Source: Candidatus Aenigmatarchaeota archaeon (GTDB lineage: Archaea; Aenigmatarchaeota; Aenigmatarchaeia; PWEA01; JACQIF01). From it: a stretch of 64,000 bases of DNA. Below, piece after piece: positions 56,334-64,000 of the stretch. The position numbers and the translations under genes were made by a program. The notes below the pieces were generated by a model. That model had not been told where the DNA came from. It worked only from the letters and a program-made list of their open reading frames with translations, and made no database searches. How positions within the stretch are numbered: the stretch's first letter is position 1; every line of letters starts with the position of its first letter. The stretch spans positions 256,001 to 320,000 of the forward strand of contig CP066684.1 of NCBI GenBank assembly GCA_016432325.1, read 5' to 3'.

Positions 56334-56866
56334 AGTACTACACGGGCGCAGGCGACAAGGGCAAGACGACCATTACTGGCAAGACCGGAGTGGCCAAGGA
56401 CTCGCCGCGCGTGGAGGCCTACGGAAATCTGGACGAGCTTGAAGCGATTCTTGGAATAGCGATATCGCATGCCGATGGGCACAAAGACGTAGTTTCCATT
56501 CTCAAGAAGATGCAGAACCTGCTGCACGTCGCCTCGGCCGAGCTGGCCGATCCGAAAGGCAAGCGCGGCATGCGCATCGCAAAGGAACATCTGAAGTGGC
56601 TCGAAGATGTGTGCGACTCCTACGGCGCGAAGACGCGGCCTCTTTCCACGTTCGTACTGCTCGGCGGCTCGCCGGCTGGAGCGCGGCTGCACTTCGCGCG
56701 CACGGTCGCACGGCGCGCTGAGCGTTCGCTCGTCGCGTTGTGGAGGAAGGAACGCGTGTCAAAAGAGATGCTCGCGTTCATCAACCGCCTGTCTTCGGCG
56801 CTGTTCGTGCTGGCCCGTTACGTGAACGAACGCGATGGCTACAAGGAAGAGAGCCCCTCATACTGA
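56330..56866 (+). CDS. PduO-type cob(I)alamin adenosyltransferase
   Basis: YTGAGDKGKT, AYGNLDEL, ARTVARRAER, INRLSSALF. Confidence 0.93.
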   Translation: MKYYTGAGDKGKTTITGKTGVAKDSPRVEAYGNLDELEAILGIAISHADGHKDVVSILKKMQNLLHVASAELADPKGKRGMRIAKEHLKWLEDVCDSYGAKTRPLSTFVLLGGSPAGARLHFARTVARRAERSLVALWRKERVSKEMLAFINRLSSALFVLARYVNERDGYKEESPSY

Positions 56867-56908
56867 CTCTTATATACGCGCGCACGCAAGTCGACCCGAG
56901 GACACGAC

Positions 56909-57115
56909 ATGCACGTTTCTGTCGACAGCGGGCTCTGCATAGGATGCGATCTGTGCGCACGCCTCTGTCCACTCACGTTTTCCATGGACGGCAAGAAGGC
57001 CGAGGTGCGCGACCCTCTGGGCCACGCCCGCGAGGACGTTTCAAAGGTTGCGGACAAGTGTCCTACGGGCGCGATACGCGTTTCTCACGCTGAGTGGACG
57101 AAGCATCTCCGTTAG
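56909..57115 (+). CDS. Ferredoxin
   Basis: CIGCDLC..LCP...CPTGAI. Confidence 0.88.
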   Translation: MHVSVDSGLCIGCDLCARLCPLTFSMDGKKAEVRDPLGHAREDVSKVADKCPTGAIRVSHAEWTKHLR

Positions 57116-57576
57116 CTTTTGTACACGTTTGCTCTTGAAGGATTTCTCGTCTTCTCCTTCGCGGTCTGTGCGCCAAAGAGTCTTCCGAAGTCCTGTATGA
57201 ACTTCGGCGACATATCCAGCGGCCCCTCCAGTCTTGAGCCGTGTATCATTATCTCGTGGTTTCTGTCGCCTGTCGCGTCGCGGATGATGTAGTCTGTCAG
57301 TGGATAAGGGCTGTCAAGAACCGTCCAACCGTAAGCGGTCGCGAGTTTCTTCAGACCGTCTTCACGCTCCTGCGTCCACGACCTGTCGCTAGGATCGGTT
57401 GCCATGTACGCAATAAGCTGCATCCCCTTGGCTCCTGGCGCGCGTCTGGCTTCTATGCGAAAGTCTCCGTCCGCTCCGACCTTTTTCACCTCGCTCTCTA
57501 TGACTGGAGCCGACTTGTTCTCTATTGAAGAAAGCCTGTCGACGAGTTCCTTCGCCTTGCGCACTGTGGCTGCCAT
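57112..57576 (-). CDS. Hypothetical protein
   Basis: AGGAGG RBS; 154 aa. Confidence 0.6.
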   Translation of the reverse strand: MAATVRKAKELVDRLSSIENKSAPVIESEVKKVGADGDFRIEARRAPGAKGMQLIAYMATDPSDRSWTQEREDGLKKLATAYGWTVLDSPYPLTDYIIRDATGDRNHEIMIHGSRLEGPLDMSPKFIQDFGRLFGAQTAKEKTRNPSRANVYKS

Positions 57577-57639
57577 GGAACGTCCTCCTGCTCGTATCTG
57601 ATATTCGCAGTGATATAAGTCTTGCTCAGACGCCGAACC

Positions 57640-58299
57640 TTAAATACGTTTCGAATAACCCTCCTTGTAGTACTTGCATATCTTGCTTAGTGGACATATG
57701 GAACACTTGGGGCCCACGGGTCTGCATAAATCGCGGCCGAACTTGATGAGATCTGTATTGATTAAATGCCATTTAGATTTGGGAATGTTGTTTTCCAAGA
57801 CGCGCTTCACGTCCTCGACGCTCGCCTCTTCGTCAATCAGCCCGATCCTCTTGGGCACGCGATTGCAGTGCGTATCGATTGCTATCGATGGTATTCCGTG
57901 GCCGTACATCAGAACAATGTCCGCGCACTTGGGGCCGATGCCGTAAAGAGTCATGAGTTCATGGCGCGTACGCGGCACGCGCCCGCCGAACTCTTCCATA
58001 ATCTGCCTGCAAGTCTCGTGAATCTTCTTCGCCTTTTGCTTGTACGGGCCCGAGACGCGGATAAGCCGTTCGAGTCGTGCGCGCGGCAGCGCCAGAATCT
58101 CCTGTGGCGTCGACGCAACGGCGACAAGGGCCGAAAAGGCTCTCTCGGTCTGCTCGTCGCGGGTGCGCTGGGACAGGATGCATGAGATGATTACGGAGAA
58201 CGGGTCCTCTTTATTGGCGGCTAGGTTCTGGACGTCCCCGTAGCGGCGGACGAGAAAGTCTACCATAATATCGGTTTTCTCTCGAACTGACAGCCCCAT
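57640..58299 (-). CDS. nth: Endonuclease III
   Basis: ILSQRT, LYGIGPKCA, IDTH, C-x6-C-x2-C-x5-C cluster motif. Confidence 0.95.
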   Translation of the reverse strand: MGLSVREKTDIMVDFLVRRYGDVQNLAANKEDPFSVIISCILSQRTRDEQTERAFSALVAVASTPQEILALPRARLERLIRVSGPYKQKAKKIHETCRQIMEEFGGRVPRTRHELMTLYGIGPKCADIVLMYGHGIPSIAIDTHCNRVPKRIGLIDEEASVEDVKRVLENNIPKSKWHLINTDLIKFGRDLCRPVGPKCSICPLSKICKYYKEGYSKRI

Positions 58300-58348
58300 G
58301 GGCCACTTTTAGCCCTTTTAATATATTACGACGACCATTCACGGCAAC

Positions 58349-58620
58349 GGGCTTGTAACTCAGCTTGGTAGTCTCCCAAAGCGAAAGGGAGGCCATCAGT
58401 ATCGGGCTTTTAACGGCGTTAAAAGCGCTGAGGTCTCGAAGACCGATGAATGGAGGAAACCCGAGAGTCGTGGGTTCGAAACTTTTTGCGCACGTCCGCG
58501 CAAAAACTTTCATGAAAAGTACGCTGCCGCCGGTGCGCGTGCGCGGATTTTTCAGGCGGGTTTTTGCGCGTCGAGCGGATGTGATTGGCGCAAAAAGCTG
58601 CAATCCCACCAGGCCCGCCA
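58349..58620 (+). tRNA. tRNA-Lys(TTT) with three introns: D-arm 22/23 58372-58397, anticodon 37/38 58413-58458, T-loop about 58479-58601
   Basis: Spliced: GGGCTTG-TA-ACTC-AGCTTGGTA-GAGT-A-TCGGG-CTTTTAA-CCCGA-GAGTC-GTGGG-TTCGAAT-CCCAC-CAGGCCC-G-CCA. BHB helices TGGT/GCCA, CTTT/GAGG, GGTT/AGCT; T-loop junction uncertain by 1-2 nt. Confidence 0.92.
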
Positions 58621-58693
58621 TAAATTTCAAAGGTCGGGCCGTTGGAAAGCGAAGCTTTCCTTGAGGCCCGCCATTACGTTCACGGTGCGAAGA

Positions 58694-59953
58694 ATGGCCA
58701 AGAAAACAACGAAGAGAGCGCAGAAAAAAGTTGCGGCAAAGAAGGCCGATGCAACGAAGCGTGAGCAGGCCGCAGCGCCGAAGACCAAAATCCGCTATGA
58801 CCGCATCCTCGTCCGTTACGGGGAGATGGCCCTCAAGAGCGACGTTGTGCGACGCCGCATGGAAGACCGCCTTCTCGGGAACATTCGAAGCGGTCTGGAC
58901 AAGATGCAGATAAAGTACGTCCTGCACAAGGAGATGGGCCGCATCTTCGTCGAGACCAGACAGATTGAAGAAACGGTCGGCGTACTCACACACATCTTCG
59001 GACTCGTCAGCGTATCGCCGGTGCAGACGCGCGTCATAGGCTCGTCTCTCGAGAAGATAGCCGAAACGGCCGAGAGGATAGGGCGCACGTTCATCACGTC
59101 GAAAGATACGTTCGCGTTGCGCGCACGGCGGACGGGCAACGAGAACTTCACTTCAAAGATGATAGAACGCGAGGCCGGAGGCCGCGTGCAGGACGCCACG
59201 CAGGCGCGCGTGGACCTAGACAACCCGGACAAGACTCTGTACGTCGAGGTTCGCCAGAACAAGGCATATTTCTACATCGAAGAACACGCCTGTCCGGGCG
59301 GCCTTCCTTTGGGAACACAGGGGCGCGTTGTCATTCTCTTTTCGGGTTCTGTCGATGCCGCGGCGGCCGCGTGGCTGATGATGAAACGGGGCTGTACCGT
59401 AGTTCCGATATACTTCGAGTCCTCCCCTTACACGGACGCGTCCACAGACGAACGCGCGGCGCGCGTCTTCGAAACGCTTCGGGAATGGTCGCATGGCAAC
59501 AAGATGTCATTGAGACGCGTACCGCACGGCAAGGCGCTGTTCATGTTCACGGAAGAATGCCGCGACGAACATCTTGACGTGCTCTCGAAGAGACAGATGC
59601 TTCGCGTGGCGAATCTTATCGCCAAGCAGGAAGGCGCGCGTGCTGTCGTGACGGGCGACAACCTCAACCAGAACGCCTCGCAGACTCTCGAGAACATGGC
59701 CGTCGTCGACCGCGCGTCAGAACTGCCCGTGTTCAGGCCCGTCCTCACGTGGGACAAGGAGGAGATACTGAAGCTGGCGCAGAGAATCGGAGCGTTCGAG
59801 GCGGCGACAAAGGAAGTGAAGCCCGCCCCGCGCTCGCGCAGGTCGTTCCCCGCTGTGCGTCTGGAGGACATCGAACGCGAAGAGCAGAAGGTGGACGTAA
59901 AGAAACTGGCCGAGGAGGCCGCCGAACCCGTCAGCTCCAAAACTTCTTCGTGA
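58694..59953 (+). CDS. thiI: ThiI-like THUMP-domain protein with degenerate catalytic motifs
   Basis: ILVRYGEMALKS, THUMP domain, GGLPLGTQG, ASQTLEN; PP-loop reads SGSVDA. Confidence 0.8.
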   Translation: MAKKTTKRAQKKVAAKKADATKREQAAAPKTKIRYDRILVRYGEMALKSDVVRRRMEDRLLGNIRSGLDKMQIKYVLHKEMGRIFVETRQIEETVGVLTHIFGLVSVSPVQTRVIGSSLEKIAETAERIGRTFITSKDTFALRARRTGNENFTSKMIEREAGGRVQDATQARVDLDNPDKTLYVEVRQNKAYFYIEEHACPGGLPLGTQGRVVILFSGSVDAAAAAWLMMKRGCTVVPIYFESSPYTDASTDERAARVFETLREWSHGNKMSLRRVPHGKALFMFTEECRDEHLDVLSKRQMLRVANLIAKQEGARAVVTGDNLNQNASQTLENMAVVDRASELPVFRPVLTWDKEEILKLAQRIGAFEAATKEVKPAPRSRRSFPAVRLEDIEREEQKVDVKKLAEEAAEPVSSKTSS

Positions 59954-62777
59954 TCGCGAACTGGCGCTCGGCGTCGAGCACGTCGCGCAGCATGCCGTTT
60001 TCATCCGCCCGCTGCTTTGCAAGCACGCGTATCGTTGTGTCAGGACCGACGCCGCGGCCGGCCAGGCACACGACAGCGCGCCGACCGTAAGTCAGAACAA
60101 GGTCGGCGGTGTCCTGCAGCTTCGACAAGCGCAACGCGTCTTCCGCAGAGAGCTTCTTGCCTTCGGCGCTCTTCTTTATCAGAATCTCGGATTCCCGCGC
60201 GAACGGTTTTATCACGGCGAGCATACGGGACGCGCACTTCGGGCATTCCGGGTCCTCGCGCACGTCGCGCACGAGCTTGTTCGTCGCAAAGTCTCCGCAC
60301 TTCATGCACACGAGACGCACCTGCGTTCCGAGCAGGCGCTCGCGGAACACCTCGAATATCTCCTTGTCCGGCCTTTTCGGACCGACGAGCTCGCGGAACT
60401 GGTATTCTATGCCGCGGCGGCCTATGGGCGAGATTGCGTTCGCAGTGACGAGTTTGACTTCGCCTGCCTTTACCTCCGTGAACATCTCCTTGGTCTTCTG
60501 CACATCAAGTTTCTCGAAGAGAACCTCGTTCTTCGCCTCTTCGGAGACCGGCGTGTCTGCGAATGCGTCGACCATTTTCTTCAGGTTCAGTTTGTCCCAT
60601 TTCGCGCGCCTCGTAACGGCGCCGAAGCGCTTTGCGACGTGCACGAGCCTCCAGCGGAACATCTGCGTGAGCCCGAGCGTCTTCAGTATGACGTCATGCA
60701 ATTCGTCCGCGGAGTTCTCCTTTATCAGCGCCTCTATCGCGCCCTTGTCAACGCCTTGGAATATTATTCTGTACGGATCGTTTTTTATGGCAATCGAATG
60801 ACCGAACTGAGAGGAGAGCAGAACCGCGAAGAAGCGCGCGAGTGTGGCGTTCACCATCGCGCCGAAACAGGCGTGCATCACTACGAAATCCTTGTCGTTT
60901 TGAAACCCATCGGGTTTCAAATACTTCGAAGCATCGCTTCGAAGACCCTCCAGTACAACCGTCCGATCGTCAGGCACAACAGCGCCGGCTTTGAGCTGTT
61001 CTCCTATGTAAGAAACGAGCTTGGATGCCGCGCCCTCCGACAGAGGGTATCGATGTCTTATGCGTTCTATGACGTCGCCTTCTTTCTCGCCGCTCTTCAT
61101 CGCCTCGGCTATCATGCGCCTCAGCGCGCCAACCTCCTGCGCAATCTCGAACGGAACGGGTATCAGTTCGCCTTCCCACGCAGGAACCGCGGACGTCATG
61201 TCGTCCACTGGTTCTACCAGGACGCGGCCCTCGTATACGGAAAGGATGCGCCACGGAGTGCCTTTCACGATGAACGTCGTGCCCGTGTTTCCGTGCTCGG
61301 CGACGAATGTCTCGTCGAGAACGCCCACGTGCGACTGGTCGAGGTTGTTGACTACGTGGTACTGGTAGATGTCCGGAATCGTGGAAAGGTTTGAGTAGTA
61401 GTACTCCCATGCTTTCTTGCGGCGCCTGAGCACCGCGGCGTCTCTCCAAACCATGTTCAGGTCCGCGACGTAAGCGAGCACGGCGTCGAACGTCTCGCGG
61501 TCAAGGTTGCGATATGGATACGCGTTCCTGAACAGCGCGTACATCTCGTCGGGGTTCTGGTCATAGCTCTCGAGCGCCATCCCGACAATCTGATTGGCCA
61601 TCACGTCCAGAGGCATCGGATATATCTCCGTTGGTTCCAGCTCGCCTGCCAGAGCGCGCCGCGCGATGACCGCGCTTTCCAGTATGTCGTCCGCGTCGCC
61701 GGCGACTATGACTCCCTTGCTCTTCTCTCCTATCCGGTGGCCAGAGCGGCCGACGCGCTGGACGAGCTTCGAGACCTGCCGCGGGGAAGTGTGCTGGACC
61801 ACGAGGTCTATGGAACCGACGTCTATGCCCAACTCAAGCGACGAAGTGCATATCAAAGCCTTCACGCTCTCGGCTTTCAGCGAGTCTTCGGCCTTGATGC
61901 GCACTTCCTTGCTCAGGCTCGAGTGGTGTATGTCGTGCGTCCACGTCTTGTCCATCTTCGTCAAACGCGAAGAGAGGACTTCCGCAGACTCGCGCGTATT
62001 GGTGAATACAAGCGTAGACTTGTGCTTCGTAATCAGGTCTTTTATCGCGTGCAAACGCGCGGCCACGTCCGCCCCTATGTAGAGCTTCTCAGCGACCGCC
62101 TTGTCTTCCGGAGACGGCGTCGGGGATATCACCTCTATCCCGAAGTATTTCGACGCCGCGGCATTCACGATGCGCGCGGTGGGCGCGATGAACTCGGCTA
62201 CGCGTTCAGGCGAGCCGACTGTTGCCGACAGGCCCACGGTCTGGAACTTTCCCGCAAGCTTGCGCAGCCGCGCGAGCCCGACGCTCAGCTGCGTGCCGCG
62301 CTTGCTCTCCACAAGCTCGTGTATCTCGTCCACGACCACCCATTTCAGGTTTTTGAGAGCCTCGCGCAGCTTCGGGGCCGTGAGCATCGCCTGGAGCGTT
62401 TCCGGAGTCGTGATAAACATGTGCGCGGGGAAAGCGGACTGTTTCGAGCGTTCGTACTGCGTGGTATCGCCGTGGCGGACAGTGAGGTCCAACTCAAGGC
62501 GTTCGGCCCACCATTTCAGACGCTTGAAAAGGTCGCGGTTGAGGGCGCGGAGAGGCGTTATGTAAAGTATCGAAATTGGTGCCGGGCGCGTCGACGCCCA
62601 CATGGAGAAGATGGGCAACATCGCTGATTCGGTTTTGCCGATGCCTGTAGGCGCAAGCACGAGAACGTCCTCGCCTTTGAGGATTACAGGCGCGGCCAGC
62701 TTCTGGACCGGAGTAGGGTCTGTCCAGCCACGTTCGCGTATCGCCGCCTGAAGTTTCTTGTCGAGTTCTTCGAACAC
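59931..62777 (-). CDS. lhr: Lhr-family SF2 helicase with C-terminal Zn finger
   Basis: APTGIGKT, PLRALNRD, DEIHE, SAT, LELGIDVG, QRVGRSGH; GTG start behind AGGTGA. Confidence 0.93.
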   Translation of the reverse strand: MFEELDKKLQAAIRERGWTDPTPVQKLAAPVILKGEDVLVLAPTGIGKTESAMLPIFSMWASTRPAPISILYITPLRALNRDLFKRLKWWAERLELDLTVRHGDTTQYERSKQSAFPAHMFITTPETLQAMLTAPKLREALKNLKWVVVDEIHELVESKRGTQLSVGLARLRKLAGKFQTVGLSATVGSPERVAEFIAPTARIVNAAASKYFGIEVISPTPSPEDKAVAEKLYIGADVAARLHAIKDLITKHKSTLVFTNTRESAEVLSSRLTKMDKTWTHDIHHSSLSKEVRIKAEDSLKAESVKALICTSSLELGIDVGSIDLVVQHTSPRQVSKLVQRVGRSGHRIGEKSKGVIVAGDADDILESAVIARRALAGELEPTEIYPMPLDVMANQIVGMALESYDQNPDEMYALFRNAYPYRNLDRETFDAVLAYVADLNMVWRDAAVLRRRKKAWEYYYSNLSTIPDIYQYHVVNNLDQSHVGVLDETFVAEHGNTGTTFIVKGTPWRILSVYEGRVLVEPVDDMTSAVPAWEGELIPVPFEIAQEVGALRRMIAEAMKSGEKEGDVIERIRHRYPLSEGAASKLVSYIGEQLKAGAVVPDDRTVVLEGLRSDASKYLKPDGFQNDKDFVVMHACFGAMVNATLARFFAVLLSSQFGHSIAIKNDPYRIIFQGVDKGAIEALIKENSADELHDVILKTLGLTQMFRWRLVHVAKRFGAVTRRAKWDKLNLKKMVDAFADTPVSEEAKNEVLFEKLDVQKTKEMFTEVKAGEVKLVTANAISPIGRRGIEYQFRELVGPKRPDKEIFEVFRERLLGTQVRLVCMKCGDFATNKLVRDVREDPECPKCASRMLAVIKPFARESEILIKKSAEGKKLSAEDALRLSKLQDTADLVLTYGRRAVVCLAGRGVGPDTTIRVLAKQRADENGMLRDVLDAERQFAITKKFWS

Positions 62778-62791
62778 CCTAATCACCTGAA

Positions 62792-62810
62792 AATATAACA
62801 GTGTTATATT
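62792..62810. repeat. Palindromic site D (AATATAACAGTGTTATATT)
   Basis: Fourth copy, just upstream of the lhr RBS, bordering AT-richer DNA. Confidence 0.8.
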
Positions 62811-62912
62811 ATACGGCCTGCGCTTGGTCCCAAACGGATAGTACACTAACACGGAGATAAATAGTTAGAGCAAGCGACATGCGAGGTAATTTTAAATTGG
62901 ATGGAATAACAG

Positions 62913-63668
62913 TCAGAACATGTAGGACTCGACTGTCGCCATGTCCTCCTTATCAAGTTTCAGCGTCATCTCGAGATGGGGGGCTTTTTCTAGCCAGAGA
63001 TGGCGTGGAGGGAAAACAGTATTGTAAAAAACGAACCCGCCAAGCAGAGATCTCTTAACTGCCGTTCCATACGCGTTTATCACTTTCGGCCTTAACGAGC
63101 GTTTGGCTGCATGAAAGTCTTCCCGACAGTTGCCGTGGTGGTCGTCCAAGAAGAGACTCTGCGGCGGATTGCCGTAAGAAATATACCGCCTGGCTTCCTT
63201 GGATTTAGGAATGATAATTTTCGCTCTCTTCAGTTTCACCTCATCGAAGAACTGGGTATAAACTTCCAGAATCCTGCTGTGCTCTTCCTCATTGAACACG
63301 GATGCGCACTCGATCGGAATGTCTGAATAAACAAGACCGTCCGGCCTCTTTATGGAGAAACCGTCTCCCGGAGTCCTCTTGACATACTCGGCGTGACGAA
63401 CCTCTGTCCAGACTCCGTTGTCGCACGCTTCCAGCGCCAAGGCAAGCGTGTCTATGGGTATCACCCATGGAAATGAACACGCCTTGAACTGATCGGATTT
63501 GTGCCTCCCATAGTTCAGAGCTGGGAAGGTAGGAAGGGTGGGGACTGTAGGAACCCCGCTGTCTTCAACGGGTAGTCGCAACCATCCCTGATCCCTCAGC
63601 TTAATAGAAACGGAGGGTTCTTCCGGGCTTGGCGGGAAGAAGACTCCAGAATCCGAATGTTCTCGCAT
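62913..63668 (-). CDS. Hypothetical protein
   Basis: 251-aa ORF; no recognised motif. Confidence 0.55.
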   Translation of the reverse strand: MREHSDSGVFFPPSPEEPSVSIKLRDQGWLRLPVEDSGVPTVPTLPTFPALNYGRHKSDQFKACSFPWVIPIDTLALALEACDNGVWTEVRHAEYVKRTPGDGFSIKRPDGLVYSDIPIECASVFNEEEHSRILEVYTQFFDEVKLKRAKIIIPKSKEARRYISYGNPPQSLFLDDHHGNCREDFHAAKRSLRPKVINAYGTAVKRSLLGGFVFYNTVFPPRHLWLEKAPHLEMTLKLDKEDMATVESYMF

Positions 63669-63722
63669 AATGGTTTAACGCAGTTAAAAGATATAAACGG
63701 CGCGTCGTTTTCAATATGGAGA

Positions 63723-63998
63723 TTACCGCAGCCAACCCCGCAAAGCGTTGATAAACGACTCCCAGACTCCGGTCTTCTTGGCCGGCGCGGGCAGAGGAGT
63801 TTTATATTCGGCAAAATCGTCCTGCTCGCTTCTTTTAGGCTCTTCCTGCGTTTCGGTTATGTTGCTGTCCTCGTAAACGAAAACGCTCTTCGACGCGTCG
63901 TACGTCTTGTTTCCGTCTTTGAGTCTTACGACAAGAACCAACTCGCCGGTCTTGACTGGCGTATTGAAGAGTTCCGCATAAGTGATTTCTGTCGCGTT
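63723..63998 (-). CDS. Hypothetical protein, 5' end outside window
   Basis: Frame is open to the window edge; ends GVWESFINALRGWLR. Confidence 0.5.
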   Translation of the reverse strand, partial: NATEITYAELFNTPVKTGELVLVVRLKDGNKTYDASKSVFVYEDSNITETQEEPKRSEQDDFAEYKTPLPAPAKKTGVWESFINALRGWLR

Positions 63999-64000
63999 TA

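Noticed and set aside
1-64000. CRISPR array, rRNA, IS transposase or genetic-code reassignment
   Set aside because: No regularly spaced repeats, rRNA-like tracts or transposase motifs were seen, and conserved genes read through intact in the standard code.

Overview
Gene-dense archaeal chromosome segment with a GC-rich backbone. Evidence: TATA-type promoters, BHB-intron tRNAs with encoded CCA, SAMP/NcsA, the OapA/ArvA GTPase and Lhr. A DPANN-like host is my inference only. It carries housekeeping genes (EndoQ, AlkA, PGK-like, MsrB, DEAD-box helicase, tmk, thyX, acdA, nrdR-nrdJ-nrdJ-pduO-ferredoxin, nth, degenerate thiI, lhr) and a surface/beta-glucan-synthesis-like cluster (about 3.7-15.3 kb). 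A 13-kb tyrosine-integrase element sits in the 3' end of tRNA-Gly (21305-34329) with AT-rich defence-like cargo: three small HTH genes plus an HTH-Swt1/HEPN gene, a type IIG R-M gene and an unknown two-gene operon. The ORF track misses four tRNA genes carrying nine introns in total. Main leads: (1) a MITE/REP-like hairpin module inside several tRNA introns, in both orientations, and also free in intergenic DNA; (2) a second homologous intron family at T-loop position 59/60; (3) a tRNA-Lys anticodon intron that looks like a box C/D guide for its own U34; (4) 53-bp units ending in acceptor-like minihelices with NCCA downstream of two tRNAs; (5) an invariant TATAA-CAGTG-TTATA site at all three internal core/cargo junctions of the element and beside lhr, suggesting a cassette-recombination system. 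All calls come from reading the sequence by eye; no searches were run.
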